This document shows, piece after piece, positions 42,624-57,000 of a stretch of 64,000 nucleotides of DNA. Origin of the DNA: Eledone cirrhosa (Eukaryota). The notes under the pieces are model-generated. The model worked only from the letters and a program-made list of their open reading frames with translations. It was not told where the DNA came from and did not search any database. The position numbers and the translations under genes are program-made. The stretch lies in assembly GCA_964016885.1 (NCBI GenBank), contig OZ024741.1, positions 104,470,001 to 104,534,000 on the forward strand, in the 5' to 3' direction. How positions within the stretch are numbered: position 1 is the stretch's first letter; each line of letters begins with the position of its first letter.

Positions 42624-44442
42624 TTTAACGAAAGATATTAGTAAGGGTTATTAGATGATTATAACATGGTTGTTAGATGAAATAACAAGAATGGCCGATT
42701 TACTTCACTTGAGTCAAAAAAAACAATAAACAAGTTACCATGAGTTGCGAAGGTTGACAATGTTATTTTGTTGTTGGTTCATGAGGCTGGTGTAGTCTGC
42801 AACCAAGAGAGTAATGGTCTGTAGACCTCTGCGGCCTGAAGGTAGCGGTGAATCTTTCACATAGCTTGTCCGTATCGTGGTGCTCCGATCTCTCTGTATA
42901 AAACCGGGGAATATACAGGCTTTATATACCTGTCGCTTTCTGTCTCCCACCTCGGGGGGATAGCCCACGCATGAACCTGTTCACACCAAAAGGGTGGTGA
43001 CCTAGAGTTTGACCTTTAGGTGTCACCCAAGGTTCAAGGCGTAGACAGATTTCACTACATTAGTTCCCTACCCAGATCGATGCAGGAGCAGCGATCTATT
43101 ATAAAAGGGGTAGCGAAATCTGATTCCAGAAGCGTGTCACAAAACACACAAAATGTGGGTACTGCGCCCGCATTTCGAGTGCAGAGAAATTTGGAGAGAG
43201 AAAAAAAAATCGTATAACTGTGTATGCTTGTGTGTGTGTGTAACATTTAGAAGAAACTGTAAATATAAGTATTTCGAACTGTTGTGTATAGATGGCTGAA
43301 CGTTGGTTACGTTATCGGATTACGATATAACACAGAGGACTATTTCTCTCGGTGTATCATCATACGTAAGATTCTCTTCTAGTGAGTCGAGGTTTACGCT
43401 ATGACTTGAGTGTGTGTAATTTTGAGTTGCGTGCCTGAGTGAGTCCAGGCGTGTATCCGTGGGTTGTTTATCATATGTTTAATAGATATTGCCGAACCTC
43501 GACCCGTTAAATCTCGATGTATTATCATACGTAAGATGCTTTTCCAGTGAGTCGAGGTTTATGCTATGACATGAGTGTGTGCAATTTTGAGTTGCGTGCC
43601 TGAGTGAGTCCAGGTTAGTAGTTAGTACCCGTGGGTTGATTCTCATATGTTTAATAGCTGTTGCTGAACCTCGACCAGTTGAAAAGTGATCTCGCAGAGA
43701 CCCAACCGAATCCAGAATATACCATAGACAAAAACATGTTGGTGTGACAAAGAAAATGATGTGTGTTTGATGCAAAGCGTGTATGTTCATACAGGCATAT
43801 AATACAGTAAAACAAATAAAAATGAACGTTCATATATAACCTGTAAAAAAAAATTTTAAAAGTATTTATATAATTGTTCTTTACAAAAATATGAGTTTTC
43901 TCTTCTTTATGTGATCGTTTTCTTGCTAGGAAGCTAGTAGTATTGTCTGTTGTTGTTGTTGTTGTTGGAGATTACGAAGCACGTGGTGAAGTGTTTGATA
44001 ATGAATCGAAACATAAAAGCGAAGTCACTGTAAATATTCCGTAGACTGGAAGTTTGGTGAATAATTTGAAAAAGTGAAGTTTTATCATATCGTACCATAT
44101 AGATGAGAAGCTTGGTAATTATATATTGCTGAGAAAGTTGTTGGTGTTGGCTATGCTGAAAAAAAAATTGTGTGTTGTTTTCTGTTTTTAAAATACCACT
44201 TCGTATTTTCTTTTTTTTTAATATATCACGTCGGGTTCACCAATTTAACAAAGGGTATTTTAGTAGTTAGTTGGATTAACAAGAATAGCGAATTACTTTA
44301 TATATAAAATTTTACTTCACTTCAGTCAAAATGAACAATAAACAAGTTACCACGAGTTGCGAAGGTTGACTATGTTATTTTGTTGTTGGTTCATGAGACT
44401 GGTGTAGTCTGCGACCAAGAGAGAGAGAGAGAGAGATAGAGG

Positions 44443-44521
<79 letters not shown>

Positions 44522-44749
44522 ATGGTCTGTAGACCTCTGCGGCCTGAAGGTAGCGGTGAATCTTTCACATAGTTTGTCCGTATCGTGGTGCTCCGATCTC
44601 TCTGTATAAAACCGGGGAATATACAGGCTTTATATACCTGTCGCTTTCTGTCTCCCACGCATGAACCTGTTCACACCAAAAGGGTGGTGACCTAGAGTTT
44701 GATCTTTAGGTGTCACCCAAGGTTCAAGGCGTGGACAGATTTCGCTACA
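42624..44749 (-). mobile_element. Complete non-autonomous LTR retrotransposon
   Basis: 5' LTR 44244-44749, PBS TGGTGAACCCGACGTGAT (44225-44242), PPT-like ctgggtagggaac (~43063-43075), 3' LTR 42624-43059, GATT(T) duplicated on both flanks, no internal ORF with recognisable retroelement domains. Confidence 0.88.
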
Positions 44750-46099
44750 GATTTAGGGTGTTAGAAAACAAGTAAAATAAAAAAACATATTAATTAGTGA
44801 ACGAGGCGGTCTTCAGATTAGGGTGTTAGAAAACAAGTAAAATAAAAAAAACATGTTAATTAGTGAACGAGGCTGTCTTCCAGTGCCATGGAGTTATCGA
44901 TAACTAGATTTCTCTATAAAGAGGAGAAATAAAAAATTATAAATGCTTAGCCTTTTAGCAAAGTGTAAAGATAAAGCAAAAACATAAATACTCTTTGACT
45001 TATGTACGTTGAAAATATATTTTCTCTCGTTGAGTTTCTTTCTCTCTTGAAATGAAGTTTACCACAAAAATATTTCTACCGATTGGAAATAGTTGATAAA
45101 GATTAAATCTCTCTTAATAGTCTGTGTAGTCTGACTAGCTAGGCACTTTCAGATCAATTAGTCTACTGACCCACTCCCCTTTCATTTTCGCATGTCTAGC
45201 CCCTTGCTGCTAAGAATGTAATAAATAAAATACACGACATTTAGCAGGACTACACCAGTCATTTGATCTATGATAATCCCCACCCTAGATCACTGACCAC
45301 TCTCGAGAAAAACTAGAAAACGACAAAAACAAAAGATTTTAAAATTTTGTTTGTTTGTTTTTTGCTTTAATGTATGTTCATATATGGATGTGCCCCTAGA
45401 TTCCCGCCGTTCGAAGACCGGTGATTCAGCTCGGATCATGCTGTCGACACGGCCGGAACTGAGCCGTCGAGGTCCTGAATCTTTTCATATATATATATAT
45501 ATATTTGCCGCTGTGACCCTACTTGCTTTGGTCGATCTGTGTTCCCTCCACACTTTCGCATCGACCCTCCCCTTCTCTCTTCCCTTCTCCTCCTCACTCT
45601 CGTTTTTTCTCTCTCTCTCCCTCCCTCTCTCCTCATCATCCCCCCCTCTGTTCTTCTTCTTTTCCCTCTCTTTCCTTTTCTCTCTCCTTTTTTTCTCTTT
45701 CTTTCCCTCTTTCTTTCTCTCTTTTTTTCCCTCCTTTCTCTCTCCTTTTCCTCCGGGCTTTTGATTAATAAAAGGACTCGGGCGCTCCCGGTCTCTACCG
45801 ATGTCCTGTAATTCAGCGCCGAAACATCGGATCGGGATATTTACAGCTGACGAAGGATTCTCCTATCTTCCTTTTTCCTCTTCTTCCGTCCTAACCACCA
45901 TCCTATATATATATATATATATATGAATATAAGTATGTATACGTACATACATATATGTGTACAGACGCACAGTAGTATGTATATATATATACATACATGC
46001 ACATATATATATATGTACGTACGTCGAGAAAGTTATCTCTCTGGTGGACGAGAAGGTTTTATACGGAGGAGGCAACAATGTATTCATACGCGATGTAAC

Positions 46100-47700
46100 A
46101 CGATTGGTTTGTTTAACAAAATCACATATGAAACATTGTTGTTGCAAGGTATGAAGTAGTTCCGCTACACACGTGATCATATAGACTACATATGCTCTCC
46201 TACACACGTCTGCGTTGTTGATTGGACAATTAGGAAGTGTGCATATATCACTGTATGTGGCTTGGTGTCTGTGGAGCGGTCTCTCCAATGAGGATCTCGT
46301 GTATTATAGCCGTATAGTCAGTTCTTCTCTACGGATAACTTGTTTGGTTGCAGCTGTCGTCTTCTCATTGAAAAGTTGCAACTTTAGGTAGCATATGTTA
46401 TCCTTAAGGGCACATGTCCTCCGTGTTTTTGTGTGTGTTGCTGCCTTGGCATTTCGGTGTTTGGTGAGAGAAGTAGGGTAGCTGTTTTCGGAGAGAACTC
46501 TTTAGAATTCCACAGTACTGGTATATCTGTCGCTACCCTCGCTGCATCTGTTGTGTATTCGGAAGATCTCATTCTATATATAGGCCATTTTGGCTCTGTA
46601 GGGAAGGGCGGAGTCGTGGTACACAAAAATGTCTCTGCAGGCATCCATCCTGTAAAATTCGGTGTATATAGATCCCTCCTCTGTGACTCTTCGAATAAAG
46701 TCAAGTAGAGAGATGAATCCAGTGGTGTCTTGATATTCAACCCCAAATTTTATGCGTGCGTCAATGATTTCAACGATGTTGTAGATCTTGACGGCTTCTT
46801 CACGCGATGAAGTGAGCATAAGGATGTCATCTACATATCTGGAGAAAAGGGTGCAAGAGCGGCATGTTGTGAGTGTTGTATGCTCCAACTGGTCCATGTA
46901 CGTGATGGCTAGCTGGCCTGAAAGACTCGATCCTATCAGAAATCCTCAGATTTGTTTGTATACGGAGCCCTCAAACTGGAAAAAATTATTGCACATGACA
47001 ATAGAGAGCAGTTCGCTGATGTCAACAGTAGGGAGCCCAAAACAATTGAGGTCGGTAGTGGCGATGATGTTGTCCGTAATTAAGTCGATAGCCGGGGAGG
47101 CAGGGAAAGAGGTGTAGAGATAAACTACGTCTAAACTAAATGGGTATCTATTCTATCCAAGTGTGGTGGATTCAAGTTCTTTTAGTCTGTTGACTACTTC
47201 TTGTGAACTGTCTACTTGTCAGGGGAAAGAATGAGGGAGAGGTTTGAGAAGTCTGGAAAGAAACCAGGAAATGTTATAGAAAAGACCGTTTATTCCAGAA
47301 ACAATGGGTCTAATTTTTATGTTGGCTCCTGTTTTATGTTTTGATAAAATGGTAGAAGGTGAGGAGCTTACTGTTTCTGGTGATGAAGACGCGTTTTAGG
47401 CTATTAGGGAGGCTTCGGTGGTTACATATATTAGTCCAGTTGGTGTTAATGGTGGTCTCTGGTTGGCTAAGTGTGATGTTGTTGCCAACCTTAGTATATA
47501 CAGTTGTGTTGATAAGTTGTTCTAGCGCTAGTTGTGTCAGAATTCTGTCCCTTTGTCCGGTGGGAGGTATATTTTTTTAAACGTAGTTCTCTTAGAGTGG
47601 TGAACTGAGATCTAGAGAGATTGTGGGAGGGGTACGAGTGCTTCTGTAAGATCTTGTAGATGGAATTCTTCAATTGACACTTCAACCTCACACAGAGAAT
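46100..47700 (-). pseudogene. Degenerate PLE RT and endonuclease
   Basis: IRPIVSG, FSLDVV.LY, FSRYVDDILM, YRM..CRDIFVYHDSALP, VVYMITC..C; many frameshifts. Confidence 0.82.
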
Positions 47701-48982
47701 CATCTGCCTTTTGATATGAACGACACAGCTTCCTTGCACTTGTTACATTCTAATCGAACATAGCACATTTGATCAAAGATTCTTCAGCAAAACATAAAGG
47801 ACTTTTCGACCATTGTATTCATTTGTGAGTGCTACAAACTTTATATTTTTATGATTTGAAGTAATCATAATCTTTTTCCTTTTAACTGAAGTGAAGGAAG
47901 GTTAGATATGTAGTAAGCTACTTTCCTCCGTCGCATTGATACCCTTTCTGTGCGAGTTCAGCCAATTGCTAGCAGCGTAGGGAAATGTATCTCAACTTCC
48001 GCCCAGAGGGAGAAATTCCCACTTCTTTTCGATAAACTCTCTCTCTTGCAACCCGACACCGTTCAGGTAAACACCTCTTGAATTCGTTCCTCAAGCATAA
48101 ACAATATGTAACAACAAAACATTCACTACAGGCCTGGCTTACGCCTCAGCCAGTTGACCGTACCTTCTTAAACTCTTAATTTGTTTATCATTTCTTTTGG
48201 CATGCCAGCTAAACCTTGTAATCGGTTTGTAAATAAATTATATGTAAAAACATTATAAAGTCTGATGATGCTATTTACCACAACATTGCCTTTAAGTGCT
48301 TCACTGGTGACTCCTATCGATGCAAAATACACAATACACAAGTACAAATATTAACACATACACATATATATGATATTAAATACTTCTAAAGATATCTAAC
48401 CAAAATTATTGTATTTGTCGTGTTTACCATCTTCAACAACAAACACTAACTTCGCTTACGTGGGAAAGTAGATATATATACACCTGAGAAAGTGGGTAGA
48501 TAGAAAGATATGTAAGTTCCTAGGTAGCTAGCTAACTATCCACCTACTCTTGTGTCTATCTATCTATCTAGCGACGGGTAGATGGATAGATATATCTTGG
48601 TAGTTTGACCGGTACCCTTAAGAAAGAAACTCCTGGCCTTCGAGCCCCTAGTATTGCTTCAAAACTATAAGATATATTATATAAAAATGTTTTCGCTAAA
48701 GCAGACATCAGGTAATCGTTAATCTAATTATCAATTACGAAAATAATTAAATGGATCATAATATATCTAAAATAAACATGCACATCTCTTAGTAATCTCG
48801 GCAAATTGGTAAAGAATGTGTTCTATTGCCATCTTATATAAACAACAGCGACGTGAAAGTTTTGCTGCAAATCGTCTGGCTTCCTCTTTAAGAAGCAGAA
48901 GCAGAAAGACTGTAGAATACAGTGTTCTTGCTCGAAATGAAAATCAAATGAGTATGCCCACACACAAAGGCAGACACACATA

Positions 48983-49518
48983 TTTAACGAAGGGTATAAG
49001 TTAGAATATTGTTAGATGAATTAACAGTTGTTGGATGTAATAACAAGAATAAAGATTTAGTTTATATATTAAGGTTTACTTCACTTCAGTCAAAAAGAAC
49101 AATAATCAAGTTACACAAGTTGCGAAGGGTGACAATGTTATTTTGTTGTTGATGTGAAAACAGGGAACGACCTGATAAAGTTCGTTGGTGTTTGCAGTCC
49201 GTGGTAGTAGTCCTCGTCGTGAGTCTGGTTTAACCTGCGACCAGGAGAGAGAGAGAGAGGGTAATGGTCTGTAATTGACTGTAGACCACTGTGGCCTGTA
49301 GATAGCGGTGAATTCTTACATAGCTGGTCTGTATCGTAGTGCTCCGATCTCTGTGTGTCTAAGGTGGGAAAATATAGGCTTTATATACATGTCGCTTTCT
49401 GTCTCCCACCTTGAGGGGATAGCCCACGCATGAACCTGTTCACACCAAAAGGGTGGTGACCTAAAGTTTGACCTTTAGGTGTCACCCAAGGTTCAAGCCG
49501 TGGACAGATTTCGCTACA
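48983..49518 (-). mobile_element. Solo LTR of the 42624-44749 family
   Basis: Same termini (tttaacga..cgctaca); CATA duplicated on both sides. Confidence 0.85.
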
Positions 49519-49535
49519 CATACGTTACGTACATG

Positions 49536-49649
<114 letters not shown>

Positions 49650-49703
49650 CGAATAAGGAAAAGCGAAGTAGTTTCAGATGTTCAAGTCCTTTAATAATAA
49701 TGC

Positions 49704-49773
49704 TGTGATATATATTTCAATGGCGACACTGGCCACACTGTTCGGTGTGCGAGTGTCGTGACATCATCAGACA
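49704..49773 (-). ncRNA. Hammerhead ribozyme
   Basis: tgt-CTGATGA-tgtcacgacact..agtgtcgccatt-GAAA-tatata-TC-aca. Confidence 0.78.
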
Positions 49774-49843
49774 ATTGTTTCTTCCAGAGGGAAGTCTGGA
49801 GTAATCGGAGAATAAGGACTTACACGTTTTCGACATTCCTAAT

Positions 49844-49888
49844 GCTCCGATGATTCCAGACTTCCCTCTGGAAGAAACAATTTTCAGC
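49844..49888 (+). ncRNA. Compact hammerhead-like motif with CCGATGA core; inverted copy at 49770-49810
   Basis: gct-CCGATGA-ttccaga cttccc tctggaa-GAAAC-aatt-TTC-agc (GTC in the inverted copy). Confidence 0.75.
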
Positions 49889-49936
49889 TAATAAATGTTC
49901 TAAACTAAAATTTGATCGTTTTAACACTTTGTATGT

Positions 49937-49994
<58 letters not shown>

Positions 49995-50134
49995 GTGGAA
50001 CACTGGAAGGTAATATCCGTAGTGGTAGAGCACTCACTCCATGGGACGAGTTAGGTAGAAGTGGTTACACAACAGTTAGTTCACCATACCGAGAACAATT
50101 GTTTCACCTTAGCGGATCCTCATATATATATATG

Positions 50135-50210
<76 letters not shown>

Positions 50211-50217
50211 GCATATA

Positions 50218-50276
<59 letters not shown>

Positions 50277-50388
50277 CTATATATCTATATATGTATATAT
50301 TAAGATAAGCAGAACAAGCAAAATTCAACCAATTTTTTAAAACAAAATTAAAAAAAAATATAATTTAAATATTTACCTATTCTTTTGG

Positions 50389-50467
50389 CCCTTACCGATC
50401 GGTTTCGCTTTGTAAAACACCAGAAATCCAATGGATTTCCAATGGAAAATCAAAGCTCATCAGAGAA
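50389..50467 (-). ncRNA. Hammerhead ribozyme
   Basis: ttct-CTGATGA-gctttg..caaagc-GAAA-ccgatcgg-TA-aggg; palindrome ACCGATCGGT. Confidence 0.87.
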
Positions 50468-50714
50468 GCATTTTCCTTTCCTAGGGCTAAAGACCCAGGA
50501 ACGATAAAATATATTGTTATCTGCCAGCTAGCACAGATTCGAAAGGCCGAAAAATGACCTGTACGTGAACTACCCGATGTGAAAGCGGGAAAAGCATAGA
50601 CGTATTGTCTATCTCGTTACTAAAAATATATAGACAACCTATATATTTCCAGGGGTACTTAGTACCCACGGGCATATTAACTTCTTCTATATATGTATAT
50701 ATATATATGTATGT

Positions 50715-50746
<32 letters not shown>

Positions 50747-50809
50747 GTATATGTATGTATATATATGTATATATATCTATATATATATATGTATATGTAT
50801 ATATATACA

Positions 50810-50848
<39 letters not shown>

Positions 50849-51874
50849 GTGTATATATATATACACATAACACACCCCACATACACACAACTCCCTCCCC
50901 CATTTCTACTAATAGAATCACTTTCCTACACACACATACACACACACACAATATATATTCTCTTCATCTTAACATGCTAACCATACTCCCACACACACAT
51001 AACACCCATACACACACATAACCCCCCCCCCCCCCCCCACACACACACAACTCCCTCCCCCATTTCTACTAATAGAATCACTTTCCTACACACATATACA
51101 CACACAAAAATATATATATTCTCTCCATCTTAACATACTCCCCCCCCCCACACACACAAACACACATAACACCCACATACACACACACACAACTCCCTCC
51201 CACATTTCTACTAATAGAATCATCTTCCTATACACACACACACGCGCGCGCGCACGCACACAAATAAACATACATATCTTTACTTTCTTTATTTCAATAG
51301 AAAATCTGTATTCTGACACCCCAGCGAACCAACCATATTCACTGAACCAGAAAAATTCTCCCATCCCATTTCTCTTGACCATTATCTTTTGCTTGTCATA
51401 AAATTCTCTAAAAGGCTACAAATTCCCAAATATGGGCACGAAATTTAATGAATTTGTTCACGTGACAGTCATAATTTCATTTATAACCAATCAAATTACA
51501 TTTATAAAAAAAAGTCTTCGTGAGCCGCTTTTTTTTAAGTAAAAAGAATTTCAAACACTCATATATGAAAAACCAACCTGAGCCCCCTCCCTTGTTTGAA
51601 GAACTTTGTAACGCGAACTGGCGCGAAATTTATTATACTTATTGACCAACCAATCAAATTACTTCTCTAAAAACCTGGCGTTTCGAGCCACTTTTTTCCA
51701 TATAAAACAAGTAACATTCTAAGACCAACCAGATGTGAGAGAAACCACAGACCCTCCATCTCAACTCTACTTTTGAAAAGCAGAAGAACTGCGAAACCGG
51801 TAAAGGAACCAAATAAATATATATATTTTTTTTAAAATAATACTCCAGTTGCATTTTCGATTTCATTTTTTTCT

Positions 51875-52004
<130 letters not shown>

Positions 52005-52065
52005 ATATGTATATATATGTATATATATATGTACATATATATGTATATATATATGTATATATATG

Positions 52066-52096
<31 letters not shown>

Positions 52097-52123
52097 GTGT
52101 GTATATATAAGTATATATATATG

Positions 52124-52208
<85 letters not shown>

Positions 52209-52336
52209 GTATATATATATGTATATATATGTACATATATATGTATATATATATGTACATATATATGTATATATATATGTATATATATATATGTATATAT
52301 ATGTATATATATATATATGTATATATATTATCATCA

Positions 52337-53125
52337 TCAGGTCAAGCTTGCTCGGCTTTCTACGACACTTTTCCTCCATCCATCTCTGTCTCTCATAGTG
52401 TTTGCCAGTTCTTCCGCAGTGCATCCAGTATCGTCCTCAAGTTGCTTGACGTAAGTCTTCTTGGGATGACCAGCGTTTCTTGCTCCATGAGATGGACTCC
52501 ATAACAACACATCACCTGCTATTTCTTCATTGCTGCGCCAACAGTGGCCAGCAAATCTGAGTCTCTGTCCACGTATTGACCTGCTGATAGGTGGTATATT
52601 GCCATAGAGATCCTTATTTGTTGGGTCTTCCCTCCAAGACACGTTTAACGCAGCACGGAGCATACGTGTGTATGCCCCGTCTAGCTTCTTCTCCAGTTTC
52701 GACGTTAGCGTCCAAGTGATAGAGCCATAAACAAGCACAGATTCCACAGCAGCTCTGAAGAAATTCCTTTTCAGTTTGGCCGGCAGGTTTGATTTCCATA
52801 TTTTTTCCATTGCATTCAATGCTCCCCAGGCTTTTCCCAGTCTGATGTTAACATCATGTTCTGTGGAGGCGATATAGCTACCCAGGTATTTGAAGTCGTC
52901 AACTTGCTTGATTATATCGCCGTTTAGACTTCGCATACCAACTGAGGAGTCTTGGTTCAGGCAAATATATTCTGTTTTGCCTGCGTTGACATAGAGTCCG
53001 ATTTCCTTTGCAACTGATTCGATGCTGTGAAGTAGTGATGTTGCATCCTTAAGGTAGTCAGCGAGGACCGCTAAATCATCCGCATAGTCAGCATCGGTGA
53101 TTTTCTGAGCTGCATGGCGTCTACA
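52337..53125 (-). pseudogene. 5'-truncated RTE-clade LINE RT 3' part
   Basis: DADYADD, FKYLGS, SVLVYGS.TW, RLRFAGHCWR; short (TGA)n tail after the stop. Confidence 0.88.
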
Positions 53126-53412
53126 CTTTCGCTTTGTGTGGTAAACTGTACTTAGCATAATACAGCGTATGATACGCCTTAAAATACCTTCAAGTATGTC
53201 TATGTATAAATAATCAAACTCAGATAAATACATGTTGACATAGTCAAAACGCATAAATTTCATTATTTGGAGCGGTGGAAACAATTTATTTATCCTTATC
53301 GAGCCCTCTTTGGATTTTAGTCTTCAAATTTATTATTATTACTATATATATGTATATATATATATGTATATATATGTATATATATGTGTGTGTATATATA
53401 TATATGTATATA

Positions 53413-53479
<67 letters not shown>

Positions 53480-53746
53480 CGGCGATGAATTAGTTTTGCG
53501 AGGTTTTTTATATGAAATCGTGTGTCGAAACAGATATTGTTATATTTGGGGAGGGTCATATTTGCGTAATATTGCCAGAATTAATAACAGAACACACTCA
53601 CTGTTTGGTTGGTTTTCGCTTCTCGCTGTCTTTTATATATATATATCTGCGATCTAACTTACTCGGTCCTCAATGTTGCCATTGACTGACCGGCGGTCAA
53701 AAATAATACAGATACAATATAGACAAACACATATATATATAGTTTA

Positions 53747-53784
53747 CATAAATCTTTCGTTGCACATCTGCAACATCGTCAGTG
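53747..53784 (-). ncRNA. Hammerhead motif in pLTR; inverted copy at 58665-58702 (+)
   Basis: ca-CTGACGA-t-gttgca gatg tgcaac-GAAA-gatt-TA-tg; extra U after A9, weak stem I. Confidence 0.62.
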
Positions 53785-54053
53785 GTGTTATATTCATTGT
53801 TCCTCCTGTTGTGTTGTATGTCTACGCCATTTTTTTGTTCAGTCTGTCTATATATTTATTTATTTATTTGCTTGTTTGTTTATCTTATTTTATTTTGTCT
53901 TCTTTGCGCATGCGTTTGCGTGTGTGTATAGTGTTATGTGTGATGTGTGACTAGTGTGTATAGTGTTGTGTCTGCTGGGTGACTAGTGTGTGTTTATGTG
54001 CTTGTGTATGTATTTATTTATCTTATTTTATTTAATTTAATTTACTTATTTAT

Positions 54054-57000
54054 TTATACTTCTCTTAGGTCAGTGTTGTTTGTTTGGGTGTTGTTGTTGT
54101 TCCACTCATTCTTTCTGTTTAGCTTTGGTCTTCTAATTTCTATTTCACTGGCCTCTCTGATTTGCCTATCTGCTGGGTCATTCCTATGTTTAGATATTAT
54201 TCTAATTTCTATGTTGTCTATGTTACCGTCATGATGTTGTCTAGCATGTTCGTATAGTACTGACCCGTTTTTTTGTCCTTTTAGTTCCCCCCAGTGTTGG
54301 TCTATCCTTTCACCTATGCTACGAGCTGTCTCACCTATGTATGTTGTTGTCGTGTTTCTGCAAGTACCCTCTGTACATCTTATGCTATAGACTACGTTTC
54401 TAGTTTTACAGTTTATCCGGGGGTTCACCTTACATATGATACATTTCCTATTGGTACAGTGGGTTTTCTTAAAAGGGTAGGTTTTGCTGATCAGGGATTT
54501 TATGGTGGTTCCTGGCTTTTCTACCACCTTTATTTTTAAGTGGGTCTTTCTCAGGGCCTTTCTACACTGGTTAGCTAATTTCCCTCCAGGGGTGGCGTCC
54601 ACAAACATGACACTCTGATATCTCTGGTTGTCGTACCATGATGTGGCCTTCCCTATCTTATGTCTAGCCCTATCTAAGCTATTCCATGATTTGCTCCTGT
54701 ATAGTGGGCAAATTCCTTTCATGTCCAGTTCTATGAGGGTCTTATACTTTTCCATGGCTCCTTCGTATACTCTGACTCTGTCTCTTTGGTTGTAGCCAGA
54801 GAACTGCATGCGGTTGATGAAGTGTTGGATGTGTCCTTCCATTTCTGTTGGGTCGCACATGCTGGACACATTCTTCATCACTCGTACCAAATCTGCGATC
54901 AGAATATTAAACTTAGCACTACTGGACATTGCTGAGTTTTTGAGTATCAGGTATTTGGAGGCCATGGGTTTAGCATAGTGTGAGTGGAGAATTTGGGCTC
55001 TCTCGTCTATAGTGTTAATCCAGAGTTCTGTGTCTAATACAGGTAGTCTATTGTTAGGGTGTTTGGAAGGGAAGTCTATAGTTACAGTTATACTCTGGTG
55101 TATGGAATTAGCTATCTGCTGGATGCTTTCCATCGTGCTACGTTCTAAATCAAACTTGTTAGTGCTCTCTAGTGGGGGTGTTCTTATAACTATATTGATA
55201 TCGTCTACATAACGAGAGTACATGATGAGGTCTATGGAGCTTTCATTAAGGAGATCTTTAAGTCTCCTTTCCCACCATACCATGAAAAGGTTGGCAACAT
55301 CGCCAGCTATGCTGACGCCGATGGCTGCTCCCTCATTTTGGGTGTAGATTTTCTCATTGAACTTAAATATGTGGCCCTTTAGGGTAGTTTTGATACTAGC
55401 CCCTATTGCATGTGCGACCATTTTTCTTACCTGATCAGTGTTTTGGGGGGTCCGTATAGCTTTGGTCCACCCAATCCACCTTCCTATGGGAGTCTTTTTA
55501 GCCATTGAGGTTATGGTGGGGGGTCTACCTCTTATAGGTCTACTAGGGCAGAAACATCTAAGGTCATGGCTGTCTAGGTAGTCAGTGTCGTAGGTAAGTC
55601 TAAGTAGGAGGCCCAGTTCGTCTGTGTCGACGTCGCAGAACTCCACCTCACTCTCAATGATCATCTCCACACATCTTTTCACAGCAAAATCAATGTTAAT
55701 GGATGGGTACAGTGACACCACATCCATGCTGCCTATTATGCAGTTGGATAGGCTCCTGTTTTTGTTGCACTCACTGATTCTGCTGAGGAGGTCCTCTGTA
55801 CTTTCACATACATCTGGGGACATCTTGATTATGGGGCGCATAACCATTGAGAGGAAGTAGGAGATCCTGTAGTTGCTAGCTATATTAGCTCCGCATACAG
55901 GTCTTGTTGGTGGTCCTATTGTCGGGTCGTCGACTGTCTTGTGGTCTTTGCGGAGCCCATACAAGGGTGGTATGCCATTGTTAGACGCCTGGAAGTTGTT
56001 GGCAGTGCGTCTGCTTGGCTTTAGGATGTCAGTCCACATCATCATGTGAGCGTTGAGGATTTTTTCTCTCCCATCGTGTGTTAGTTGTGCAACTTCGCTC
56101 GTGTTGGTGATGTGGGGTTGCATTGCCTCGATGTAGTTCGGCATGCTATCTATTGACATCCTACCAGACTTATCTGTGGGTAGACACACTACCTCACCAT
56201 CCCTTGTGCGCTGCTTGAGGCTAACCAAGCCTTCTACAGGTTTTATCCCAAGTTGTTGGGCCTCTGGTCTGCTCTGTCTCATAGTGTACCTGTCTACTAC
56301 TTGTCTAATCTTATTTCTAGCTATGGTGAACTGTGCCTCCGTCTCGTCATCTATTTGTTGTGGTATGCAAACTCTTTTATTAAAGGGTAACCTCGTAGGA
56401 TAGATATTACCCATCTTATATGTTTTGTCAGCTGGGTTGAAAAATAGTTTCTCTAAGGGGTTGTCGTTATTTCTATCGTCATAGTTGTGTGTGTTGCTAT
56501 TATTGTTATCATGGTGGTTGTTGTTGTTTCTATCCTTAGCATTAATATTATTATTGTTATGATTGCTAGATGTATTGTTGTTTACTTCACCGTTATTGTT
56601 GTTGTTGTTACTGCTATTTCTACCATTGTGGTTGTTACTATTATTATGTTTCTTGTTTTTGTTGATGTTGCTACATGTACTATTTCCATTATTACCACTG
56701 TGGTTATTGTTGTTGTTGTTGTTCGTATTGTTACCGTTATTACTACTGTGGTCACTGTTGCTGTGTCTGTGGTTAACGTTTCTATTATTATTATTATTGT
56801 GGTTGTTGTTGTTCTGTCTATCGCTAGTATTATTACCATTATCACTATTTCTCACTTTCCTGCCATTGTTATGGTTATGGCTGTTATTTCTATACCCAGA
56901 GTTATTGTTTATATTACTACTACCGTTATTATTGTTGTTGTTGTTTACCTTTGCATTCCAACGTATTTTTGTGAAACACTTTTCCAGCTCCGTTTTGCAT

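Noticed and set aside
45770-45870. CTGACGA-agga ttc tcct and nearby GAAAC
   Set aside because: Halves cannot be assembled into one HHR topology.
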